From NCBI GenBank assembly GCA_963833225.1, contig CAWHXD010000008.1, positions 832,001 through 896,000 of the forward strand: DNA of 64,000 nt, in the 5' to 3' direction. This document shows positions 49,321 through 60,627 of the stretch, one piece after another; position 1 is the first letter of the stretch, and every line of letters begins with the position of its first letter. The DNA comes from an uncultured Chloroflexia bacterium. Lineage in GTDB: Bacteria; Chloroflexota; Limnocylindria; Limnocylindrales; CSP1-4. The notes under the pieces are model-generated. The model had not been told where the DNA came from, did no database searches, and saw nothing but the letters and a program-made list of their open reading frames with translations. The position numbers and the translations under genes are program-made.

Positions 49321-49470
49321 GCCCGACGGGCCGGACAGCCCGGGCCGACTGGGCAACGCAGGCGGCGCCGCGGGCCGCGGGACAGGTCACGGGGCGCGTC
49401 GCGGCGCGGGTCCCGGCGGCGCGGGTCGCGGCAGCGCGGGTCGCGGCAGCGCGGACGGCGCAGGGGCAGC

Positions 49471-49710
49471 GTGACTCCCCGTCAAGGTTTCTGGGCCGAA
49501 CGAGCCCGCGACCCGTCCCACGGGCCGGAAGCGTGACCGACAGTCGGCAAGTTGGGCCCATGGGGCGTCTCGCCACGATCGAATCCATGCCTGAAGCCGA
49601 AAGCGTTGACGGCCGGTCAAGTTCCGCCGGGGGCGCCGCCGGGGGCGGCTGCCGCTGGCCGCCGGCGGGAGCCTGAAGCGGAAAGCGTTGACTGCCGGTC
49701 ACGTTCCGCC
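49471..49710. repeat. Family 1 element (inverted relative to 510..660) plus a duplicated terminal motif
   Basis: TGAC-N5-GTC at 49472, 49534, 49607 and 49689. cctgaagc(c/g)gaaagcgttgac(g/t)gccggtca(a/c)gttccgcc occurs twice. Confidence 0.75.
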
Positions 49711-49794
49711 CGCGCGGCGCCCACGGGGCGGCTGCCGCGCGCCGCCGCCACTGGCGGGCGCGCCGCGGCCATGCCGCCGCAAATTCGCGCCCCG

Positions 49795-50448
49795 TCAGTC
49801 GGCGGGAAGCAGTCCGTCGCGGATCGCTCGGGCCGCGGCCTCCGCGCGGCTCTGGGCGTGCAGCTTGTCGAGGATGTTGCGCAGGTGGAACTTGACCGTG
49901 TTCTCCGACACGCCGAGGCGCGCGGCGATCTCCTTGTTGCGCAAGCCGTCCACGACGCCCCGCAGGACCTCGACCTCACGCTCGGTGAGGCGATCGGGAT
50001 CCCGTGCGGCCGGGGTCTCCGCGGTGCTCCGGTCGCCTCGGGCGAGCTCGGCGATGATCCTCGCCGCGATGGCCGGCGTGATCGCGGCCTCGCCCCGGGC
50101 GACGGCGTCGAGCATCGTCCGCAGCTCCACGGACTCCAGGTTCTTGAGCAGGTAGCCGCGTGCTCCGGCCTTGAGCGCCGCGAACAGGTCGTCGAGATCC
50201 TCCGACGCCGTGAGCATCACGATCGCGACCTCCGGCATGGCGACAGCCAGCTCGCGGACCGCGGCCAGGCCGCCGCCGCCGGGCATCGCGACGTCCATCA
50301 GCACGAGATCCGGGCGCAGCTCGCGGGTCAGGGCCACGGCGCTGGTGCCGTCGGACGCCTGGCCCACGACCTCATGATCCCAGGCGTCCAGCAGCGACGC
50401 CATGCCGTCGCGAAACAGCGCGTGGTCGTCGGCAAGGAGGATCCGCAT
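49795..50448 (-). CDS. NarL/LuxR-family response regulator
   Basis: LADDH, LMDVAMP, GYLLK, LTEREVEVL...NKEIA...TVKFH. Confidence 0.95.
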   Translation of the reverse strand: MRILLADDHALFRDGMASLLDAWDHEVVGQASDGTSAVALTRELRPDLVLMDVAMPGGGGLAAVRELAVAMPEVAIVMLTASEDLDDLFAALKAGARGYLLKNLESVELRTMLDAVARGEAAITPAIAARIIAELARGDRSTAETPAARDPDRLTEREVEVLRGVVDGLRNKEIAARLGVSENTVKFHLRNILDKLHAQSRAEAAARAIRDGLLPAD

Positions 50449-50450
50449 CG

Positions 50451-51807
50451 TCAGACCTCGGCCGAGAGGGGCGCGGTCTCGACGGCGGCACGACCCGCCA
50501 GCGGCACCCGGAGCGTGACGGCGGTCCCGCGCCCGGCCGACCCGGCGCGCACGTCGAGCGTCGCGCCGATCGCCGCCGCGCGCTCGCGCATCGCGCGCAA
50601 GCCGTAGTGGGGCACGGCGCCGTCGACCGCCGCCGCCGGCAGCCCGCGACCGTCGTCCTCCACCGCCAGGTCGAGCACCCCGTCGTGGACTCGCATCGCC
50701 ACCCGGACCCGGCCGGCGGCGGCGTGCTTGCGGATGTTGGTGAAGGCCTCCTGGACGATCCGGTAGGCATGGGCCTCGGCGTCCGGGTCAAGCCGGAGGT
50801 CGCGGGACTCGGTGTCCACGGTCGCATCGAGGGCGAAGGTCGAGGCGGCGGCAGCACGCTCCGCGTAGGCGAGCACCGCGGCACCCAGGCCCTGCCCGGG
50901 CTCGATCGGGCCGCGCAGGCCGAGGATGGACTCACGGACATCCACGTAGACCGCGCGAGCCGCCGCGCCGAGATCGGCCACCTGGGCCCTCGCTTCCGGG
51001 ACGCGCCCGGCGGCGAGGTACTCGTCCACGGCCTGCGACTTGGTGTTCACGTAGCCCAACACCTGCGCGATGCCGTCGTGGAGCTCGCGCGCGATCCGCT
51101 CGCGCTCCTCGACGACGGCGAGCTCCCGCAGGCGGGCCTCCAGGCGAGCGTGCTCCAGGGCGATGGTCGCCTGGTTGGCGAGGGACGCGAGCGTCTCCAC
51201 CTCGTCGGCGTCGAACCCCCGCGGCCGCGCGCAGCCGACGGCGAGCAGCCCGATCGTGGCGCCTCCGCGCTGGAGCGGCGCCGCAAGCCGCACGACCGCG
51301 GTCGCCGGATCCACGAACGAGAGCATCGCTGCCGCTGGGTCATCCGCCCCGGCGAGCATGGCGGCGCGCGGGCGCGCGGCGACCGGCGGCGAGACGGCCC
51401 GCGCCTCCAGCTCGCCATCTGCGCCCGGCCAGGAGCAGGACCGCCACATCGGCACCGAGCAGCTCGCGCGCATGCATCACGACCGCGTTCAGCACGAGCT
51501 CGACGTCGGAGAGCGACGTGATCGCCAGCGAGACGCGGTGGAGGGCTCGCGCCGACGCGCCGCGCGCCTCCAGCTCCTGGTTGCGCGCCCGCAGCGCTCC
51601 GGTCAGGGCATCGATCCGCGAGAACGCGAGCGCGCCGAACGCGACGCCGAAGATGGCCGTCGCCACGACGATCAGGATCGTGTCCCGAGGGAACGGCAGC
51701 GCCTCATCGAGGACGGTGTCGGACAGGACCTCGAGCGCCGCCACCACCGCGATCGGGACGAGGACGAGCAACCACCGCGCCCCCCCGGATCGGGCCGCCT
51801 GCTTCAC
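50451..51807 (-). CDS. Membrane sensor histidine kinase with GAF and HisKA_3 domains, frameshift near 51430
   Basis: Two N-terminal TMs, GAF segment, ERERIARELHD, QEAFTNIRKHA, DDGRG, GLRAMRER. Confidence 0.9.
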
Positions 51808-51871
51808 CTTCGGATCTCCGTCTGGGTCCGGGTTGCGCCACACGACCCGAGCATAGTCCCCTCGGCCATCA

Positions 51872-52648
51872 TCACCGGCCGGTCCCGACCTGGCAGCGTG
51901 GGCACCAGAAGGTCAGGCGCGGCAGCTCCGAACCCTGGTGCTCCACGCGGATCGGTGCCCCGCAGCGCGGGCACGGACGACCCGCCCGGCGGTAGACGTG
52001 GCGCGGCCGGCGGCCGGTCTCGGCGCCCTCTCGGAGGACCACTCGGGCGAGGGAGACGAGCTCTTGAAGCGCTGCGTCGTCGAAATCACGAACCGCCACG
52101 AACGGTGATCGACCGGCCTGCCACAGCACCTCGTTCTTGACCTCGTTGCCGATGCCGGCAAGCGCCCGCTGGTCGAGCAGCGCGACCGCGATGGGCAGCT
52201 CCGCGCGGGACGCATCGCGCAGACGCCGCACCGCCTCGTCGACATCGACCGGGTCGCGCAGGAGATCCGGTCCAAGGCGCGACAGGGACGGGTGCAGCGA
52301 CTCGGTCCGCAGCTCGAACAGCTCCACCGTTGGCGCGTCGAAGCAGACGGCGACCGTCCCGGGCACCTCGATCACGAGCCGCGCCCTCGCCGACGCCCGC
52401 CGCCAGCGCTCCCCCGGCCGGTAGCGGTGCCACGAACCGTGCATCCGGAGGTGGGTGCGAACGGCGAGCCCGTTGTCGAACCGGAGCAGGAGGTTCTTGC
52501 CCACCGCCTCGACGGCGGTGACGGTCGCCCCGACCAGGCGCTCCGCCCGCGGCCCCGGCTGGCGGGCTGACGCTGTCGTCACCCGCCGTCCCAGGAGGTA
52601 CGGGCGCAGCCCGGCGGCCGTCCGGACGAGCGTGTCGCCCTCGGGCAC
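51872..52648 (-). CDS. nei: Fpg/Nei family DNA glycosylase
   Basis: MPEGD start, GKNL, HLRMHG, LLDQRALAGIGN (H2TH), CPRC...CPRC zinc finger. Confidence 0.93.
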   Translation of the reverse strand: MPEGDTLVRTAAGLRPYLLGRRVTTASARQPGPRAERLVGATVTAVEAVGKNLLLRFDNGLAVRTHLRMHGSWHRYRPGERWRRASARARLVIEVPGTVAVCFDAPTVELFELRTESLHPSLSRLGPDLLRDPVDVDEAVRRLRDASRAELPIAVALLDQRALAGIGNEVKNEVLWQAGRSPFVAVRDFDDAALQELVSLARVVLREGAETGRRPRHVYRRAGRPCPRCGAPIRVEHQGSELPRLTFWCPRCQVGTGR

Positions 52649-52679
52649 CTAGGCCAATCCCGCGGGCATGACGTCCCGC

Positions 52680-55600
52680 CTACCGCGCCGGACGGACCGG
52701 GGCCGGGCGCGGGTAGGTCCGCTCGGATGGCGCCGGCGTCGCGCGCAGCGCGTACCCGCGGTACCCGGGGACGAACCCCGCGGCGAGCAGCGCGTCCTTG
52801 AACCGCGACCCGCCGACCGGCTCACCGTCCATCTTGCCGATCACCAGCTCGCGCACCCGCCCATCCGCGACCAGGTCCGCCAGCGACCGCAGGGCCGGTG
52901 CCAGCAGCTCCGGGTCCTCGGCCGCGGGCAGCGCCTGGAGCGACGACGCGCCCCGGTCCAGGTAGAGGACGGCCTGGCCATCGACCATCGCGACATACGC
53001 CCCGGCCGCGCGCTGGAAGGGCCGGCGGTCGCCCTCGTCGCGGCGTGGCCACGGGAGCGCGGCGCCATAGGGGTTGGCCGGGTCCGCGGCGGCGACCAGG
53101 TACGCGACCCGCCCCCGCTCATCGGCCAGCTCGCCGGGCTGATCGCGCATCGCCCGCAGCCGGTCCACGGCTCCCGGCAGCGCGAACTGCGCCGCGCCGA
53201 GCCCGTCGACGAAGTAGCCGCGGCGGATCCGGCCGCCCTCCTCCAGCAGCCGCAGGACGGGGTAGATGCCCGAGAAGCCGCCCTCGACGGCCTCGCCGGC
53301 CACCGCCTCGCGGGTCAGGACCCCGTGGCGCTCCAGCAGCGCCATCGCCTGGGCATGGACGCGCTCCGTGCGCGAGGGTCCGGTCGGCGCGACCTCCGCG
53401 GGACGCGCCTCCTCGCCCTCCCCGAGACCGGCCTCCGCGACCTCCTCGCGATCGGCCTCCTCGACCTCCACCAGCGACCACCGCCCTGCGGCCTCCGGGG
53501 GACCCAGCGATGTCAGCCGGCCCGCCCGTGGCCGGTGGTCCTTCGCCGGCCGCTTCCAGCGCAGCGCCCGGAGCGGCGCGAAGGTGTCGTTGGTGACCTC
53601 GCCCGCCCAGACCAGGTCCCACAGGGCGTCCAGCGCCTCGCGATCCGCTCGCGCCCCGGACGCCGTGTACAGCTCCCGGTAGAAGCAGGCGCCGCGACGC
53701 TGGAGATGGGCACGGAGCCGGTCGTGGATGTCCCCACCCGGGCGCTCCACCCCGTCCGGCGGCCCGGTGGGTCGCAACGCCTCTCGACCCGGGCGGAGGA
53801 GCACGACGCGGCCGTCATCGCGACCGAGGCTCCCCCGCCCCACCCACGTGACCTCGCCCATCGCGCCGAGCTCGTCGAGGAGCCGCGGCTGGTACCCGGG
53901 GACTCGCGCCGGGAGCACGTCGCGCTCGAGGACGGACGCCGGGATCGGCAGGCCGGCCAGCTGGTCCACGACCTCGGCCAGGCGCTCCAGAGCCGCGGAG
54001 CCACGGAACGGGGGGCCGGCACTCCCCGTGGCCGACGGCGAGGGAGCGACGCCCTGCCACGCGACCAGGAACCGCGCGAGCGTGACCGGGTCCACCGGCT
54101 CCACCTCGCGACGGAGGGTGGCGAGTGATCGCCGGCGCAGGAGCCGCAGGACCTCGGGGTCGCACAGCTCACGCTCCGCCCCGCCCGGACGGAACTCGCC
54201 GGCGAGGATCGTGCCCGCGGCGACGAGCCGGTGGAGCCCATCGTCCACGACGCCCTCGGGCAGGCCCCAGCGCCGCGCCGGCTCCGCGGCGAGGAACGGT
54301 CCATGCGTCCGCGCGTACCGCGCCAGCAGGCCATCGAGCGCTCCTGCGACCGGCGCGAGGAACGCCTGGGGCACGCCGGGCGGCGCGCTGACGCCCACGC
54401 CGTCGCGGTACCGCGCGACGTCCTCCATCGCGATCCAGCGCTCCTCGCCCGCGATCCGCGCCCGGACCGCCCGCCGGGTCGACGCCAGCTCCGCGAGGTG
54501 GAGGCTTGCCTCCACGCGCCCGCCCACCGTCCGTGCCCCCGCCTCGTCCGGCGACAGGTCGCCCAGCCGCCGCAGCAGGTCGTGGACCTGGTCAGCCGTC
54601 CTGGCCTGGCGGTCCTCGGCGAGCGCCTGCAGGCTGAGCTCCAGGTCCGCGAGGGCCGCGGGATCCAGCAGCTCCCGGAGCTCCTCCTGGCCCAGCAGCT
54701 CCCGCAGCAGGTCCCGGTCCAGCGTCAACGCCTGCGCCCGCCGTTCGGCCAGCGGCGCGTCGCCCTCGTACATGTAGGCGGCGACGTAGTCGAACAGCAG
54801 GGAGCTCGCGAACGCCGACGCGCGCGCCGTCTCGACGCTATGCACGGTGAGCTCCCGCCGCTGGACGCCCGCCAGCAGCTCGCGCAGCGCCGGCAGGTCG
54901 AACACGTCGGCGAGGCATTCCCGGTAGGTCTCCACCAGGATCGGGAACGATCCATAGCGGCTCGCGACGGCCAGCAGGTCGGCGGCCCGCTGGCGCTGCT
55001 GCCAGAGCGGCGTCCGGGTCCCCGGCCGGCGTCTCGGCAGGAGCAGCGCCCGGGCGGCGTTCTCCCGGAAGCGCGACGCGAACAGGCTGGACTGCCCCAC
55101 CCGGCCCACGACCAGGTCCTCGACCTCGTCGGGATCCGGGAACAGCAGCTCCTCGACGCCGTCGAGGCTCGAGTCGCCTTCCGGCAGCCGGATGGCGATG
55201 CCGTCGTCGCTGTAGATCGTCTGGACCTCGATGCCCAGCCGCTCCGCGATCCGCGCCTCCAGGGCCATCGTCCACGGCGCATGCACGCGTCCGCCAAACG
55301 GGGTCAGGATGACCAGTCGCCAGTCGCCCAGCTCGTCCCGGAAGCGCTCGATCACGATCCGCCGGTCGGTCGGCAGGACGCCTGTCGCCTCGCGCTCGTC
55401 CTCGAGGTACGCGAGCAGGTTCTCGGCCGCGAGCTCGTCGAGGTCGTGGTCCCGCCGCAGGCGCTCCGCGGCCCGGGCCCGGCCCTTCGCCCCCTTCGCC
55501 AGGTCCGCCTCGACCTCGCGAGTGAACGCGCCGATGGCCCGGCCCAGCTCCACCGGCCGCCCAACGGCGTCGCCGTGCCAGAACGGCAGCTTGCCCGGCA

Positions 55601-57385
55601 CCCCGGGTGCCGGCGTGACGGTGACCCGGTTGGCGCTGATGTCGGCCACGCGCCACGAGCTGGCCCCAAGGACCACGACGTCGCCGTGCATCCCGGCACG
55701 GAGCTCGTAGACCATCTCCTCGTCCAGCTCGCCCACGCGGCGGCCGGGCGTGCCCGCCTCACCCTCGAGAAAGACCGGGTACAGGCCGCGATCCGGGATG
55801 GTGCCACCGCTGGTGACGGCGACGGTGCGGGCATCGCGCCGCCCTTCGACCACGTCCGTCAGCCGGTCCCAGGTGATCCGCGGCTTGAGCTCGGCGAACT
55901 CGTCGGATGGATAGGCGCCCGAGAGCATGCCCAGCACGCCCTCGAGGACCTCGCGGGTCAGGGTCTCGAACGGGGCGGCGCCCCTGACCAGCGCGAGCAG
56001 CTCGTCGACCGTGAACCGCTCCCCGATCGTCATCGCGACCAGCTGCTGGGCGAGGACATCGAGCGGGTTGCGGGGCAGCACGGTGGGCTCGATCCGGCCC
56101 TCGCGCATCCCGCGCACGACGACAGCGGTCTCGAGCAGGTCACCGCGGTACTTGGGGAAGATCACGCCCTTCGACGGCTCCCCGACCTGGTGTCCGGCCC
56201 GCCCGACACGCTGGAGGCCGCGGGCGACGCTGGTCGGGCTCTCGACCTGGATGACGAGGTCCACGGCCCCCATGTCGATCCCGAGCTCGAGGCTGCTCGT
56301 CGCGACCAGCGCGGGCAGGCGACCGGCCTTGAGCTCCTCCTCGATCTCCAGGCGCTGCTCCCGGGCGATGCTCCCGTGGTGGGCGCGGACGAGGTCCTCG
56401 CCGGCGAGCTCGTTGAGGCGCTGGGCGAGGCGCTCCGCGAGGCGGCGGCTGTTGGTGAACACGATCGTGCTCCGGTGCTCGCGGATGAGCTCCAGGATCC
56501 GGGGGTGGATCGCGGGCCAGATGCTGGTCCGGCGCTCGCCGCCAAGGACCGGGCCGCCCGGCTGCTCATCCAGCGGCAGCACCTCGCCCAGGCGCGCCAT
56601 GTCCTCGACGGGCACGACGACGGTCAGCTCCAGCGGCTTGCGCGTGCCCGCGTCGACGATGGCGACCTCGCGGCCCTCCCCCGCCCCACCCAGGAACCTC
56701 GCGATCGTCTCCAGGGGCCGCTGCGTGGCGCTCAGACCGATGCGCTGGAGGGGCGGGACACCGCCGTCCGGAGCCGCGCCCACCCGCAGCCGCTCGAGGC
56801 GCTCGAGGCTCAGCGCGAGGTGGGCGCCGCGCTTGGTGCCGGCGATCGCGTGGATCTCGTCCACGATCACCTGCTCGACGCCGCGCAGGATCTCGCGGGC
56901 CTGGCTCGTGAGCAGCAGGTACAGGCTCTCGGGCGTGGTCGACCAGGATGTCCGGCGGGTGGCGGACGAGGCCCCGGCGCTCGTCCTGCGGCGTGTCGCC
57001 GGTCCGGCTCGCGATGCTGATCCGCGGCGGCTCCAGGCCCAGGCGCTGCGCCGCAAGGGCGATCCCGGCGAGTGGCGCCCGCAGGTTGCGCTCCACGTCG
57101 TAGGTCAGCGCCTTGAGCGGGCTGATGTAGAGCGTGCGAACCGTGCCGGGATCCTGCCTCGTGGATACCGGGCTCGGGCGATCGACGCAGGCGGTCGAGG
57201 CACCACAGGAACGCGGCCAGGGTCTTGCCACTGCCGGTGGGGGCGTGGATGAGCGTGTTGCGGCCGGCGGCGATCGCGGCCCACCCCTCGGCCTGGGCCT
57301 GCGTGGGCGCCTCGAACGTCGCCTCGAACCAGGCCCGGACGGCGGGCCCGAAGGGTGCGAGCGGATCCTTGGTGCGGGCAGCCAC
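52680..57385 (-). CDS. lhr: Long Lhr-family SF2 helicase, frameshifts near 57180 and 56940
   Basis: [44 protein letters not shown], and a long C-terminal region. Confidence 0.93.
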
Positions 57386-57394
57386 GGGACGCCG

Positions 57395-57432
57395 AGTATA
57401 GGCGCGGGGGCCAGTTTCGTACAGATGTTCTA
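57395..57432 (-). promoter_or_regulatory. lhr promoter with an overlapping LexA-like SOS box
   Basis: -10 TATACT at 57395-57400. AGAAC-ATCT-GTACG at 57418-57431 lies over the -35 position. Confidence 0.55.
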
Positions 57433-57437
57433 GCCGT

Positions 57438-57487
57438 GCTCCCCGCTCCCCGCTCCCGCTCCCCGGCTCCCGCTCCCCGCTCTCCCG
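57438..57487. repeat. Low-complexity ctccc(c)g microsatellite-like tract
   Basis: About 7 imperfect 6-7 bp units. Confidence 0.7.
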
Positions 57488-57490
57488 GGC

Positions 57491-57639
57491 GTTGACTGCC
57501 GGTGAACGGTTCGCGCTTCAACAGCCTGGGAAGCTCGCTCCGCGACCCCGATGTTGGCGGCCCGTCAACGCTCCGCATCGAGCGCCCCTCAGATCCCCGG
57601 GAAGCGACCGTTGAGTGCCGAGGTGTCCACTGCGCGTCA
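57491..57639. repeat. Family 1 element ending at the XRE gene ATG
   Basis: Degenerate motifs at 57493, 57555 and 57627 (spacing 62, 72). 57601-57639 matches the reverse complement of 510-548 at 27/39 positions without gaps. Confidence 0.65.
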
Positions 57640-58455
57640 TGACCGTCAACCTGCGCCAGGTGCGTGGCCGCCGCCGAGATCTCCTCCGGGCCCTCGGCGT
57701 CGACATCCGGCGCCTCCGGGAGGACGCCGGCCTGACCCAGGCCATCAGCGCCCGCGCCGCCGGGATCTCCCCATCGCATCTCTCGCTATGTCGAGGCGGG
57801 CCTGCGTGAACCGAGCCTCGAGGTGCTCCTCCGGCTGGGTGCTGTGCTCGGGGCCGACCTCTCGATCCGGTACTTCCCGGCCACCGGTCCGAGGATCCGG
57901 GACCGTCATCAGCTGGCGATGGCCGAAGCGCTGCTGCCACTCGTCCGGGCCACCTGGCACGCCAGACCGGAGGTCGCCGTGTACCGGCCGGTTCGCGGGG
58001 TGATCGACCTGGTGCTCGATCACCGGACACAGGCGGTATCCGTCGCCACCGAGCTGCAGAGTCAGCTGCGGCGCGTCGAACAGCAGGTGCGCTGGGCGAA
58101 CCAGAAGGCCGACGCTCTCGCCGGGCTCCCGGAGCTGGAGGACCGGTCCGTATCGCGGCTGCTGATCGTCCGCAACACGCATGCGATGCGCGAGGTCGTT
58201 CGCGCCGCGGAGGCAACGTTGGAGGCGGCGTACCCCGCGGATACCGAGCACGCGGTCGCAGCCCTGCGCGGGTCCGCGGACTGGCCCGGTCCCGCGCTCA
58301 CCTGGATGCGGATCGATGGAGGCCGGGCGACGCTGCTCGACGGCCCGCCGCGCGGCATTCGCCTGGGGAGGTCATCCGGTGCGGTTCCCGCAGCGCGGCA
58401 GATGACCCCGGAATCGAAGACGGCGGGCGCTGGCACGCCCACCGTCTCCTGGTAG
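57639..58455 (+). CDS. XRE-family HTH protein with PD-(D/E)xK-like domain, frameshift(s) near 57745-57795
   Basis: IRRLREDAGLTQ...GISPSHLS, then LGADLSIRYFPATGPRIRDR...PEVAVYRPVRGVIDLVL...VATELQS. Confidence 0.8.
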
Positions 58456-58628
58456 CCCGTGTCGATCGCGCCGTGGAGGGGGAGGAGAACCTGCGCGATC
58501 GATTTCTGGTCCGCGGCCATCTTCCCGGGTCGGGCTGATGGTTGCCCGTGCCGCACCTCCTGCCCTTCGATGACGGTCCGGGACGAACGGCCCGGGATGG
58601 GCCCGGGCCGCACGGGACCATAGGCCCG

Positions 58629-60432
58629 TCAGTGGCTCGCGAGTCGTGCGACCACGGTGCGCGGGTCGTCGCGCGCGATGTCCGGGGAGACGGGCTGGAG
58701 CCGGAACCCGGCGCCGACGAGCAGGCGTCTCGCAGCCTCGAGGCGGACCCGGACATCGCCCGGGTCCACCACGTCCCGCTCGGCAACCCCGACCCGCGCC
58801 TCCATCTCCGTGCGAGGCGGGCGCCCGGCAACGAGCGCGGCCAGCAGCGCCCGGCCAAGGCCCTGACCGCGATACGCCGGCGCGACCCCCACCGCCAGCA
58901 CGGACTCGACCGCCGGCCCGGTGGCCGAAGCCAGCCCGGTGGCCGAAGCCGGCTCGGTGGCCGAAGGGGCCGCGACGGCCAGCCCCACGATGACGTTCCC
59001 ATCGGTGGCCGCCATCACGCGGGCGCGGTCCCGCACCGCCGCGCGGAGCAGGGCGATCGCATCGGCCGCGTCGAACGGCGACACGACCCGTGGTGCGAGA
59101 CCCAGCCCGTCGAGGTCCTCCGCGGCCAGCGACGTGATGGAAGGAGTGCCGGGCGCCCGGCCCGACAGCGTGGACGGGGACCCGGACCCGCGACCGCCAC
59201 CGATCCCCTCGATGACCGCCTGGCCCGCCCAGGTGAGGGCCGGTGCCCACCATCCGCGATCCTCCGCCTCGCGCACCAGCCGCGGCAGGACAGCCCCGCG
59301 AACCCGGCCCAGGACCGCGAGCGAGCGTGCATCCGCCCGTCGTTGGGCCTCCCCCGCCTCGAGACCCGCGTTGGGCGCATCGAGCATCGACCCCGGCATG
59401 CCGGGAGATCCGTACAGGGCCGCCTCGGCCGCCCACCGGTCACGCCAGGCGGCCGGCGTCGTGCCGGGGGCCTCGAGGTGCGCGCCGGCCAGCCAGGTCA
59501 GCGCCCACGTCCGTGGCACCACCCGGTACGCGTCATAGCCGCCGCCGCCTGTCGCGAGCCAGCGGCCCGCCGCCCAGCGGTGGGCCACGGCGTCGACCAG
59601 GCGCGCCGCTTCGGCCATCGCGGTGGTGGTCACCCGCAGGTGCGCGAGCGGGTCCCACGCGTGCGAGTCGGCACCGTGCTGCGAGACCACGACGTCCGGC
59701 CCGAACACCGCGGCCAGCGGAGGGCAGCAGGGCCCGAACCGCCGCCAGCCAGGCACCGTCGCCCGCGTACGGCTCGAACGGCATGTTCACCGCGGTCCCG
59801 GCTGCCGCGCCGTCGCCCAGCTCGTCGACGAACCCGGTGCCGGGGAACAGGGATCGTCCGCTCTCGTGGAATGACAGCGTCTGGACGCCCGGGTCATCGC
59901 CGGTGAGGGCCTGGACGCCGTCCCCGTGGTGCACGTCGAGATCGACGTACAGGACCCGGTGCCCGTCCGACCGTGCCCGGACAACCGCGAGCGCCACGTC
60001 GTTGTAGATGCAGAACCCCGACGCCCCCGATCGCCATCGCGTGGTGGAGCCCGCCACCGGGGTGGTGCGCGTGAAGGGCGCGCTCGCCCAGGATCGCATC
60101 CATCGCGGCCAGCGAGCCGCCGGCCACCGAGGCCGCTGCGTCGTGCATCGCCGCTCGAACGCCGGGTTGTCCGCGAGGCCGATGCCCATCGCCCCCGCGC
60201 CGTCGGGATCCGCCGACAGCCGCCGGACGACCGCCAGGTAGGCCGGTGTGTGGATCCGAAGGAGCGCCTCGTCCGAGGCAGGCTCAGGCGCCAGCCCGGG
60301 CTCGCGCCCACGATGGCGCAGGAGGTCGATCCCGGGTCCGAACCGTCGCGGGGTCAGCGGGTGCGCGGGCCCGAAGTCGTACGTGGTCGACCGCGGGCCG
60401 AAGACGAGGAGTGGCTGGTCCGGGCTGGGCAC
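58629..60432 (-). CDS. AcuC/HDAC-family Zn-dependent deacetylase fused to a C-terminal GNAT domain (several frameshifts in the 5' half)
   Basis: FGPAHPLTPRR, GGGLHHA, SGFCIYND, DLDVHHGDG, SFHE, FPGTG, GADSH..DP, GGGGY, then in-frame VGVAPAYRGQGLGRALL. Confidence 0.85.
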
Positions 60433-60486
60433 CCGCCGACGATACCGCGCGAACCGCCGATGGCCCGCGCTGCTACCATCGGACCC

Positions 60487-60627
60487 ATGGATGTCCTCGT
60501 TGTCCTGATCATCGTGCTGGTGGTGGTGATCATGTGGCGCGGTCCCAAGACGCTCCCCCTGCTCGGGCGCGCGTTCGGCCAGGGCGTGAAGGAGGCACGG
60601 CGCGAGCTCGAGGAGCTCAAGGAGTGA
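60487..60627 (+). CDS. tatA: Twin-arginine translocase TatA/E subunit
   Basis: TM helix then GPKTLPLLGRAFGQGVKEAR amphipathic helix. The acidic tail probably continues to 60661 after a 1-nt error. Confidence 0.75.
   Translation: MDVLVVLIIVLVVVIMWRGPKTLPLLGRAFGQGVKEARRELEELKE

Noticed and set aside
510-57639. TGAC-N5-GTCA motifs as FNR/CRP boxes or merely AhdI-type restriction sites
   Set aside because: FNR/CRP spacing and half-sites differ. The motifs sit in larger homologous blocks with fixed spacing, which isolated sites would not explain.
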